A stretch of 64,000 bases of DNA from NCBI GenBank assembly GCA_013822015.1, contig PNJU01000002.1, forward strand, positions 192,500 through 256,499, in the 5' to 3' direction. Below, one piece after another: positions 9,436 through 16,858 of this stretch. A program made the translations under genes and the position numbers. Origin of the DNA: Candidatus Puniceispirillum sp. (GTDB lineage Bacteria > Pseudomonadota > Alphaproteobacteria > Caedimonadales > UBA1908). The notes beneath the pieces were generated by a model. The model had not been told where the DNA came from, did no database searches, and saw nothing but the letters and a program-made list of their open reading frames with translations. Within the stretch, counting starts at the first letter, position 1; each line of letters begins with the position of its first letter.

Positions 9436-10200
9436 ATGTTCTATGTTTGGGTTTTTCTGACCTTTGTTGCCCTTACGCGTGAAGACGCCTTCGCGTCATC
9501 CCATAATGACGTCTCCCAAACATTTGAGGAAACCTCTCACCCTTCCTTCAAAAGAGCCCTTGATTGGTACCCACCAAGCGAGGATGAGATGAAAACCGTC
9601 ACGTCCTGGGGATTTGAGCCCGCACATATGGGGGCAGCCCTACGCTACCGTGCTTTTATCAAGTCCGAAGATACACCCGTCCTTCAAAAGGTACTTGCTA
9701 GCGCCCCTTGGGAGGAGGCTTTTTCCATGATTGCACGCGCTGCCGGGGCGCACGCGACGGACCTTGCGCTTGCAGCTACCCTCCCCCTTCCAGAGCGCCA
9801 AGAATTCCTCAGGGGCAGCCCAAGAGAAGACACCTGGATTTACGCACATATTGGCCTTGATCCCGATATCGACATGCATGTGATGACCTACCATATGCGG
9901 CGCCTGCTGGGTGAAAACCGCCCCCAAACAGAGGAGACTCTCCTCAACATGGTCTGCGCGCGTGACGAGCTCACCAAAAAACGCGTCGCAACATTTTTGT
10001 GGAACGCGCTTTACGATGAGCACTTCGGATACTGTTCTCGTTACGCGGCCCTGGGAATTATTGACGCCTCCCCCCTCATGAGACAGGTTCAGCATATGCG
10101 AGGGCTTGTCTTGCACGGCCTTGTGCATGAAGGAGCTGACGGCACCTCCAAAGGTCGCCTGCGCGTCGTTGCACCCTGGCTTGCCCCCGCCCGCCTTTAA
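9436..10200 (+). CDS. Secreted hypothetical protein, divergent family A member 2 (254 aa)
   Basis: Hydrophobic N-terminus MFYVWVFLTFVALTREDAFASS, with no basic n-region. It keeps the N-terminal family A motifs (WYPPSEDEM..GFEPAHMGAALRYRAF...DTPVLQKVL...SPREDTWIY), but the C-terminal third diverges. RBS is GAGGTGA. Confidence 0.65.
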   Translation: MFYVWVFLTFVALTREDAFASSHNDVSQTFEETSHPSFKRALDWYPPSEDEMKTVTSWGFEPAHMGAALRYRAFIKSEDTPVLQKVLASAPWEEAFSMIARAAGAHATDLALAATLPLPERQEFLRGSPREDTWIYAHIGLDPDIDMHVMTYHMRRLLGENRPQTEETLLNMVCARDELTKKRVATFLWNALYDEHFGYCSRYAALGIIDASPLMRQVQHMRGLVLHGLVHEGADGTSKGRLRVVAPWLAPARL

Positions 10201-10244
10201 AGGTAATACCCGTAATTCCTTGGCAGTTTATAGAAATTTGTTTT

Positions 10245-10273
10245 TTGACAAATGAGGAAGAAGGGGTTAGTGA
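10245..10273 (+). promoter_or_regulatory. Candidate promoter of family A gene 3
   Basis: Perfect TTGACA (10245-10250), a 17-nt spacer, then TAGTGA (10268-10273). The ORF-track start at 10245 is the TTG of this hexamer. Confidence 0.3.
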
Positions 10274-10310
10274 TGAAGAGTCGGTGCGGTTTTTCCAGGA
10301 GTCACACACC

Positions 10311-11282
10311 ATGCGTACACTCGCCTCTCTCACCCTTGCGATCCTTTTTTCTTGTAGTTCCCTTTACGCGTCCAACGCACACAAGCGCAAAATAGATGAG
10401 CTCATAGGCTCAGACTCTGACTCAGACTCAGACTCAGACTCAGAGACATTTATGCCTATCAGTGCACACGTGGCCCTTGGCCAGGAGGAAGGAGGCGAGC
10501 CATATATCCCCGAAGACCTTGTGCCCCATCTCAAGACCTTTGTATCCCCGTGCGATCCCGAAAAAGAAATGGATCAGTTTATTGAACCCCTCGCGTGGTA
10601 CCGCCCGACACCCGAGGAGCTGACTTCCATCACGACCATGGGATTCGAGCCTCGTCACCTGGGCGCGGCCCTGCGCATGCGCGCGCACCTAACGCTTGAG
10701 AACACGCCCCTGCTTAAAGGAGTGCTCAAAGACAGTGATATCCCACAATCCCAGCGTTTGCTGCCCGCCGCCATGGGCCTTTCGAACGGGCAACTCAGAG
10801 CGGCGGCAAAGATTGAGAACATCGAAGAACGCCTCAATTTTCTCATCAATGCACAAAGGGAGGACGCGTGGATCTTTGGCATGCTAGGCGCCGACCCAAT
10901 CCTTGACAACCTCGCCATCAACGCCAACATGAGGGCACGTGTTCTTATAAACCCAGACAAGATGAGCTCGTTTTTCATCCGCAACCTCAAAGAAGGGACC
11001 AACATCACACGGATGCGTTTCACAGGCTTCCTTAGCGAGCTGACCGGCTTAATTACCGACAAGCTCAGCCGCGCAAACCGACTGGGATTTGAGGACAACT
11101 CCCACGTCATGGAAACCGTCAAAAAGAAAGGCCTTCCCCGCCCCTTTAGCGCAATCTTCTGGGAAATGCGCCTCAATGATGGCAAGGTCATGCCACGTAT
11201 CACAATCAAAAAGCCCGATTACCTCGACCCCATGCCCCTGTGGACCTATAAGCCGTCCACTTATCTCGACCCTATCCCATGA
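10311..11282 (+). CDS. Secreted hypothetical protein, family A member 3, with an (SD)n tract
   Basis: The ATG at 10311 is preceded by AGGAG. Leader MRTLASLTLAILFSCSSLYASNA, then an SDSDSDSDSDSE tract, then the full family A core (WYRPTPEELTSITTMGFEPRHLGAALRMRAHLTLENTPLLKGVL...GMLGADPILD...PDYLDPMPLWTYKPSTYL). Confidence 0.75.
   Translation: MRTLASLTLAILFSCSSLYASNAHKRKIDELIGSDSDSDSDSDSETFMPISAHVALGQEEGGEPYIPEDLVPHLKTFVSPCDPEKEMDQFIEPLAWYRPTPEELTSITTMGFEPRHLGAALRMRAHLTLENTPLLKGVLKDSDIPQSQRLLPAAMGLSNGQLRAAAKIENIEERLNFLINAQREDAWIFGMLGADPILDNLAINANMRARVLINPDKMSSFFIRNLKEGTNITRMRFTGFLSELTGLITDKLSRANRLGFEDNSHVMETVKKKGLPRPFSAIFWEMRLNDGKVMPRITIKKPDYLDPMPLWTYKPSTYLDPIP
10409..10446 (+). repeat. In-frame hexanucleotide microsatellite (TCAGAC/GACTCA)n encoding (Ser-Asp)n
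   Basis: ctcagactctgactcagactcagactcagactcagag: about 5-6 tandem 6-nt units inside family A gene 3. Confidence 0.85.
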
Positions 11283-11386
11283 GGTAGCGCGCCAGCGCTC
11301 TCTCACGCAGAAAAAATGGTGCTTAAAGACTCCCACAAGAAACGCGATCGTCATTAATTATTTATTGTATTGTTTTTTTATTATAC

Positions 11387-11415
11387 TTGACAATAAAACT
11401 ATGATCTGATATTTC
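11387..11415 (+). promoter_or_regulatory. Candidate promoter in an AT-rich intergenic region
   Basis: Perfect TTGACA (11387-11392), a 17-nt spacer, then TATTTC (11410-11415), within the visibly AT-rich stretch 11350-11420. Confidence 0.3.
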
Positions 11416-11482
11416 AAGCATCGGACAGTAAAAGTGCCGTTCTTATTCACTTGTCCCGGCACAAGAAAGGAGAAGTAACATC

Positions 11483-12664
11483 TTGCGTAAACTATTAGCC
11501 AGCGCTGGCATTTTTATTCAATTCACATCATTTGCATTCGCATCGGACCCCACCCTACAAGACCTGCACTTGGTCATTGGCTCGACCCGAGGCGGATATT
11601 TGTCCCAACCTCTGGCAAAAAGAGTTTACCAGGAGGCAAACGCAGACCTATCCCACGCGGGTACATTCTCGGGAAAAGCCATCACCGTTGACATCGCTCC
11701 CTGCGAAAACCCCAAACTTGCAAAACGTCACTGGCAAGCGGACGCGGAAACCTTTGAGTTTCCGGGCACCATCCAAAATGTTTATCTTGAAAGGCTGTTT
11801 ACCTTTGACCAAAAATCGGGTGATCACACAAAAGACCATATCTCGAACGTCCTTCAAAATCTCACAAAGCACATGATTCCTGCTCAGAACAAGGTTGAGA
11901 TTGAGTGGCACCCTTGCGTCGGCATGGCGTATCTGCCCCCCAAGGCGAGTAAAGAGGAAAGGGAGCACATCCTTAACACCCAAAGGCGACAAAATCCTTT
12001 TCAGGGCGTCATGGATATTAACGAAGTTCTCACCGCCACCAAACTTGCTGTTTTCGACAGTGTGAACTTAGACGGCGTACCCAACAAGTCCTACATTGAT
12101 GCGGCCAATGCTTTTAAAAAACCCCTCACCCAGCTCATCAACTTTTATGTGGGCTCGAAGCCTAGCCTCGTGCGCACGCAGCTGATTCAACGTCTGAGAT
12201 TTGAAGCCAATGTTTTGACGCTGTTAAGCCAAGATCCGAACAAAAGATCTGTCCCCCTTCTGGGCTCCATTACCGCTGATTTCGGCAAATTAGATGACAC
12301 AACATTTTCAGTAGTCGCATCAGATCCAGAAGACGACGGTAAAATTTTGGTACGTGACCGCCAGGGTTATTCTTATCTTTATGACACGCAAGAAGAGGTC
12401 GCAAAAGCCGTTTCCAGAGGGGGTACTGTGCGCGGCGTCCTCCATGGTTATATGTCCTTTATGACTGGCTCTTGCCTCAATTTCTTGTGGAGCGATATGG
12501 CTGTTGAGATTCAAAAAGGGCTTGTCCAAGAAAAGCTTGCCTCACTCGGTTTTCGTGCCATTGAGATCAAGCGTAAAAAGAGCCCACACAACCGCCGTCA
12601 AAATGTTCATATCATCAGCACGGTTTATGACCCAGGCAACGCTGTAGAAGAACAAAAAGCCTAA
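11483..12664 (+). CDS. Secreted hypothetical protein (393 aa, TTG start)
   Basis: TTG start preceded by AAGGAGAAG. Leader MRKLLASAGIFIQFTSFAFASDP. No recognisable domain. Confidence 0.6.
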   Translation: MRKLLASAGIFIQFTSFAFASDPTLQDLHLVIGSTRGGYLSQPLAKRVYQEANADLSHAGTFSGKAITVDIAPCENPKLAKRHWQADAETFEFPGTIQNVYLERLFTFDQKSGDHTKDHISNVLQNLTKHMIPAQNKVEIEWHPCVGMAYLPPKASKEEREHILNTQRRQNPFQGVMDINEVLTATKLAVFDSVNLDGVPNKSYIDAANAFKKPLTQLINFYVGSKPSLVRTQLIQRLRFEANVLTLLSQDPNKRSVPLLGSITADFGKLDDTTFSVVASDPEDDGKILVRDRQGYSYLYDTQEEVAKAVSRGGTVRGVLHGYMSFMTGSCLNFLWSDMAVEIQKGLVQEKLASLGFRAIEIKRKKSPHNRRQNVHIISTVYDPGNAVEEQKA

Positions 12665-12773
12665 AGCACCCCTCCCATGACCGACGTCTGAATCCTTTTT
12701 CAGATGTCGGTCACTGTTCTCATTATGCCGCAACTGACCTTTTCCAGAAGCCAACATTACTGTCAAAAAAAAC

Positions 12774-12801
12774 TTGAAAAGAAGAAATATCTTCCTATAT
12801 A
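12774..12801 (+). promoter_or_regulatory. Candidate promoter of the UIM-like/CAP gene
   Basis: TTGAAA (12774-12779), a 16-nt spacer, then TATATA (12796-12801), with an A8 tract immediately upstream. Confidence 0.35.
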
Positions 12802-12880
12802 CATAAGAGCATTGGGAGATTTTATGACACTCTCCTCAATATTTCTTCTGTCCACTCCCTCAAACAATAGGACGACCCAC

Positions 12881-13969
12881 ATGAAAAATCTGAAGAAAAT
12901 CCTCCTCGTTTCACTTCTAACAAGCGGCGCCTTTGTAGCTAGCGCGACTCATTATTCAGACGAGGAAATGAACGCCATGGCAGCTGCTGCCAGAATCAGC
13001 CTCCATGACCTACGCGCACTTGGTCAGCAGATGCCCTTGGATGATTTCTACGCCCCCGTTGCGTACATGTTCGCAGCTCAAGAGGGGCGCGGCGCATCGG
13101 ACCAAGCCACAAACGACTATCTCTTTGCCCGTCAGCTGGCACAAGGCAACACAAGCACTCCAAGAATGTCTGAACCCGACGCTGATTTTCTCCTTGCCCT
13201 GCGCCTTTGCGAAGAGGGGCCTCAGGCGCCAAGCACACGCTCTGCGGCCACACCGTCCCCTCAGCCTCACGCCCCGCAAGACACAGAAGCTGATTTAGAG
13301 CTTGCTCTGCGCCTCTACGAAGAAGAAAGTCAAGCTCGGTTTGTGCCCACAACCATATCCCCTACCCTCCTTGGGACCACGCATGCGCCGCACGTGAGCG
13401 TTCAGGACGAGGACTACCTCCTTGCCATGAGGCTCTTTGAGGAAGAAAGGCAAGCTGCGTCCACGGTGCGCGTCATATCTACGCAAGCACCGCAAACCGC
13501 TGCATCTTCTCACGTCGCTGCCCCGAGCCAGGAAGATGAGGAACGCTCCTTTTTTGATCTGACCAACGCACGTCGCCAGGAGCACGGCCTTGGGCTTCTG
13601 ACATGGAACCCGCTGCTTGCCCAGATCGCCCGGGAGCACTCCCAAAAAATGGCCGATACCTTCACCTTTGCCCATGACATTGAAGGCAAGAGCTTTGGTG
13701 ATCGCATTGAAGGGCGCTACAACGGCTCCATGGCCGGGGAAAACTTATATATGTCTACAGCTGCCTACAAAGTGAGCGAGCGCGGCATCACCCCTTCTTC
13801 TGTGAAGTATTCATCCATGGCAGAGGCCGTCGAGGGGCTCATGAACTCACCAGGACACAGGGAAAATATTTTGAAGCCAGAGTTTAATGAGCTTGGCGTA
13901 GGAATTATCGTCACCGCCCTTGGTGGGCAGAAGTACTGGACGCAAGTGTTTGGCAGGAAGCAGGACTAA
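12881..13969 (+). CDS. Secreted protein with tandem UIM-like acidic/LALRL repeats and a C-terminal CAP/SCP/PR-1 (YkwD-like) domain
   Basis: The ATG at 12881 is preceded by AGGA. Leader MKNLKKILLVSLLTSGAFVASA. Repeats are DEEMNAMAAAARISLHD, NDYLFARQLAQG, PDADFLLALRLCEEG, TEADLELALRLYEEE and QDEDYLLAMRLFEEE. C-terminal CAP motifs are FFDLTNARRQEHGL...AREHSQKMA...GENLY...LMNSPGHRENIL...FNELGVGI...YWTQVFG. Confidence 0.75.
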   Translation: MKNLKKILLVSLLTSGAFVASATHYSDEEMNAMAAAARISLHDLRALGQQMPLDDFYAPVAYMFAAQEGRGASDQATNDYLFARQLAQGNTSTPRMSEPDADFLLALRLCEEGPQAPSTRSAATPSPQPHAPQDTEADLELALRLYEEESQARFVPTTISPTLLGTTHAPHVSVQDEDYLLAMRLFEEERQAASTVRVISTQAPQTAASSHVAAPSQEDEERSFFDLTNARRQEHGLGLLTWNPLLAQIAREHSQKMADTFTFAHDIEGKSFGDRIEGRYNGSMAGENLYMSTAAYKVSERGITPSSVKYSSMAEAVEGLMNSPGHRENILKPEFNELGVGIIVTALGGQKYWTQVFGRKQD

Positions 13970-14002
13970 ACCCATCTTATTCCTTACTTGAGAGCACCAC
14001 GC

Positions 14003-14032
14003 CAGATGCCGTTTCACCAGAAACGGCATCTG
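14003..14032 (+). terminator. Hairpin downstream of the UIM-like/CAP gene (no U-tract)
   Basis: CAGATGCCGTTTC acca GAAACGGCATCTG: a 13-bp perfect stem with a 4-nt loop, 34 nt after the stop. Confidence 0.4.
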
Positions 14033-14286
14033 TGCTGCCCCCCCCTCTTTGATGTGGCCCCTGCATCTTGCGTGAGATGACGTTGTGGCATATCTGCGCA
14101 GTGAAGCGCCATCAGGGAAAATTGGCAGAAGCGACACTACCAGCTTAGACTGCGACCACACGGAGGCAGACGCTTAAACCAACCAAGGCTCACATAGAAG
14201 CCTTTGGAACACAAGATAGGCCGGAGCCAGCACCGACTTCCCCTTTGACCTGATTCATTAACCTTAAAATCTCCCACATATTCGCT

Positions 14287-14315
14287 TTGACAAGAAGCAT
14301 AAAAGTTTCCATGCT
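14287..14315 (+). promoter_or_regulatory. Candidate promoter of family A gene 4
   Basis: Perfect TTGACA (14287-14292), a 17-nt spacer, then CATGCT (a weak -10). The ORF-track start at 14287 is the TTG of this hexamer. Confidence 0.25.
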
Positions 14316-14346
14316 TTCCAGTGTGTCAACACAGGAGAAGAGCACT

Positions 14347-15300
14347 ATGAAATCTATTTTTTATGCGACATCCTTAGTCCTTAGCTTTCTCACGATCGCC
14401 CCACATATCCAGGCATCAAATAGTCCTTTGGATGCCCTTGATGTAGAGGAAGGGACGAAAACCGTGCGCCCCGTCGGACTTGACGTTGCTCTTAATGTCG
14501 GATACGGCAACGAAATAAACATACCAAGCACACTCGTCCAAAGTCTGAATGACTTTGTCACGTCATGCGCCGGTAAAAGTGAGATGAATCAGTTCCACAG
14601 CCCCTTCATGTGGTATCGTCCCACGCCAGAAGAACTCACGCGCATTTCCGACCTTGGGTTCGCGTCATGTCACCTTGGTGCGGCCCTACGCATGCGCGCG
14701 CATCTCTCTTGCGAGAACGCGCCTCTTATCCAAAGAGTGTTAAGAGACAGCAGCTACGCAAAAGCACAGTTTCTGCTCCCTGCCGCCATGGGGCTTTCCC
14801 ACACACAGCTTGAAGAGGCCGCCAACATCGAAGACGTTCAGGAGCGTCTCGATTTCTTGATACAAGCCCCACGCCCAGATACATGGGTTTATGGTATGCT
14901 GGGGGCGGATCCCCTTCTTGATCACCTGGCCATCGAGACGAGTATCAGGACGCGCATTGCAAATAACCCAGACCTGATAAGTTCGTTTTTCGTTCGCAAC
15001 TTGAAGGAAGGCACAGATCTCACGCGCCAGCGCATCACGGGGTTTCTTTTGCAAGTCACCGGGAATGTGTCCGAGGGAAAAACACGCGCAGAACACCTTG
15101 GCTACAGCAAAGTGTCAAACGTTGTACACGCCCTTCAAAAGAAAAAACTCAAACGCCCCTTTGGCCTCTTCCGCGAAGCGTTTCCTTTCACTGATGGCAG
15201 CGCAGGCACGGATCTTAAAAATCACACGCCCGATTATCTTGATATAATGCCCCAATGGACATACACTCCGTCGACCTATCTCAAGCCTCGGCGCTCATAA
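14347..15300 (+). CDS. Secreted hypothetical protein, family A member 4
   Basis: The ATG at 14347 is preceded by AGGAGAAG. Leader MKSIFYATSLVLSFLTIAPHIQASNS. Full family A core, closest to member 3 (WYRPTPEELTRISDLGFASCHLGAALRMRAHLSCENAPLIQRVL...GMLGADPLLD...PDYLDIMPQWTYTPSTYL). Confidence 0.75.
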   Translation: MKSIFYATSLVLSFLTIAPHIQASNSPLDALDVEEGTKTVRPVGLDVALNVGYGNEINIPSTLVQSLNDFVTSCAGKSEMNQFHSPFMWYRPTPEELTRISDLGFASCHLGAALRMRAHLSCENAPLIQRVLRDSSYAKAQFLLPAAMGLSHTQLEEAANIEDVQERLDFLIQAPRPDTWVYGMLGADPLLDHLAIETSIRTRIANNPDLISSFFVRNLKEGTDLTRQRITGFLLQVTGNVSEGKTRAEHLGYSKVSNVVHALQKKKLKRPFGLFREAFPFTDGSAGTDLKNHTPDYLDIMPQWTYTPSTYLKPRRS

Positions 15301-15303
15301 AAA

Positions 15304-15330
15304 AGCCTCGCTGCCACAAGCAGCGAGGCT
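15304..15330 (-). terminator. Hairpin terminator between convergent family A gene 4 and metQ
   Basis: AGCCTCGCTG ccacaag CAGCGAGGCT: a 10-bp stem. The A-run on the + strand at 15298-15304 gives a U-tract for the minus-strand (metQ) transcript. Confidence 0.45.
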
Positions 15331-15384
15331 CCTCAAGCGGCATATCCTAGGCTTTGATAACCAACGGATTAGGATGCCGGCCCG

Positions 15385-16218
15385 CTAAGATTGAGAGGGC
15401 GCGCAAGGCGCCTTCTCGTTTGCCTTGACGGTTTGCCACGCTGGGATGACCGCGCCGTGAAATGTTTTCTTCAAAAAGGTCGCCGTCTCTTGGGTGTGGT
15501 AAAGGGAAACGAGCTTCACGATCTCAGGGCGCTTTTCATCGCCTTTTCGCACCACAAGTAAATTGGCATAGGGAGAGTCTTGGTCTTCACGCGCCAGAGC
15601 ACTCTTGGGATCAATACCAGACACAAGGACCCAGTCCGTATTAATGGCCGCCAGATCCACATCATCGAGCGCCCTTGGCACGTGGGGTGCGTCCACTTCC
15701 ACAAGCTTCACATGCTTTGGATTTTGCGCAATATCAAGGACGCTGGGGCTCATGGGCGCGTCTTTTTTAAGGGTTAAGATGCCGGCCTTTTCAAGAAGAC
15801 GCAGCGCCCGCCCGCCATTACTGACGTCACTTGGGATGGCAATCTTGGCGCCGTACGGCACATCCTCAATCTTTTTAAGGGTCTTGCTGTACAGCCCCAG
15901 TGGCAAAATGATGGTCTTGCCGACAGACACAAGATCCATGCCGCGCGCTTGGTTTTGCTCCGTCAAATAGGGCTCGTGCTGGTAGGAATTCACGTCCAGC
16001 TCTTTTTCAAAAAGCGCCGTGTTGGGCAGCACAAAATCATCAAACTCAATCACATCAAGGGTGAGGCCTTGCTTAGCCGTGCGCTCTTTAAGATGGGCCA
16101 TGATCTGTGCATGGGGGCCGGCTGTGACGCCTACCTTAAGGGCGCCGGCTAAAGCGCCCTGCCCTAATCCAAAAGACACAAGGGCGACGGCGCCCACATA
16201 CTTGAGCTTCTTCAACAT
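15385..16218 (-). CDS. metQ: Methionine ABC transporter substrate-binding lipoprotein (NlpA/MetQ family)
   Basis: 277 aa. Leader plus LKVGVTAGPHAQIMAHLKE...LDVIEFDDFVLPNTAL...LDVNSYQHEPYL, typical of MetQ. It is the last gene of metN-metI-metQ. Confidence 0.9.
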   Translation of the reverse strand: MLKKLKYVGAVALVSFGLGQGALAGALKVGVTAGPHAQIMAHLKERTAKQGLTLDVIEFDDFVLPNTALFEKELDVNSYQHEPYLTEQNQARGMDLVSVGKTIILPLGLYSKTLKKIEDVPYGAKIAIPSDVSNGGRALRLLEKAGILTLKKDAPMSPSVLDIAQNPKHVKLVEVDAPHVPRALDDVDLAAINTDWVLVSGIDPKSALAREDQDSPYANLLVVRKGDEKRPEIVKLVSLYHTQETATFLKKTFHGAVIPAWQTVKANEKAPCAPSQS

Positions 16219-16219
16219 G

Positions 16220-16858
16220 TTATTTCTCCAATCGCTTTGTCAGAAAATGTCCCAGGCTTTGTACAAGCTGCACCAGGACAATGAGAATTGCCACAATTTC
16301 AACCATCACCAAAACGTCATAACGCTGGTATCCATAGCGAATGGCAAGGTCTCCAAGCCCTCCACCGCCCACAGCACCTGCCATGGCGGAAAAGCCAATG
16401 AGATTAATAATGACTAAGGTTGCCCCAGACACAAGGGCGGGAAGCGCCTCAGGAAGCAACACCTTGGTGATCATATGTAATCGCGACGCCCCCATGGACT
16501 GGGCAGCAATCAAAAGGCCGTCGGGCAACTGGCGCAGGGCGTCTTGGGTCAGGCGCGCCATAAGCAAAATGGCGGCAACACCAAGGGGGACGCTGGCGGC
16601 CCAGGTTCCAAGGGACGTGCCCACCAGAAGGCGCGTGAGGGGCAAAAGCAAAATAACGAGAATAATATAAGGGATGGAGCGCAGGGCATTAATGATGAGA
16701 TCAGCCGCCCCGTAAAGCAGACGGTTTTGAAAGAGCGCGCGCTTTGTGGCACCAAAAAGGGCTGTCCCCAAGGGTACGCCCACAAGGAATCCAGTAAGGG
16801 TTGCCACCCCCACCATGAGTAACGTCTGCCCCAGTCCTTTAAGAATCAAATCCATCAT
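16220..16858 (-). CDS. metI: Methionine ABC transporter permease
   Basis: MetI-like TM protein (MMDLILKGLGQTLLMVGVATL...). The ATG at 16858 overlaps the metN stop (ATGA). The track start at 16966 lies inside metN. Confidence 0.9.
   Translation of the reverse strand: MMDLILKGLGQTLLMVGVATLTGFLVGVPLGTALFGATKRALFQNRLLYGAADLIINALRSIPYIILVILLLPLTRLLVGTSLGTWAASVPLGVAAILLMARLTQDALRQLPDGLLIAAQSMGASRLHMITKVLLPEALPALVSGATLVIINLIGFSAMAGAVGGGGLGDLAIRYGYQRYDVLVMVEIVAILIVLVQLVQSLGHFLTKRLEK

Noticed and set aside
8640-11209. Antisense ORFs 8640-9230 (196 aa) and 10655-11209 (184 aa), which resemble each other
   Set aside because: They resemble each other only because they lie opposite the paralogous family A genes. 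The + strand frames have an RBS, signal peptides and conserved motifs spanning the full length, whereas the antisense frames are R/S-rich and lack starts with an RBS.
10245-14346. Longer ORF-track starts for A3 (10245), the UIM/CAP gene (12704) and A4 (14287)
   Set aside because: The extensions precede the signal peptides and lack an RBS. In two cases they begin on the TTG of a TTGACA promoter hexamer. I preferred the downstream ATGs with AGGAG-type RBS (10311, 12881, 14347).
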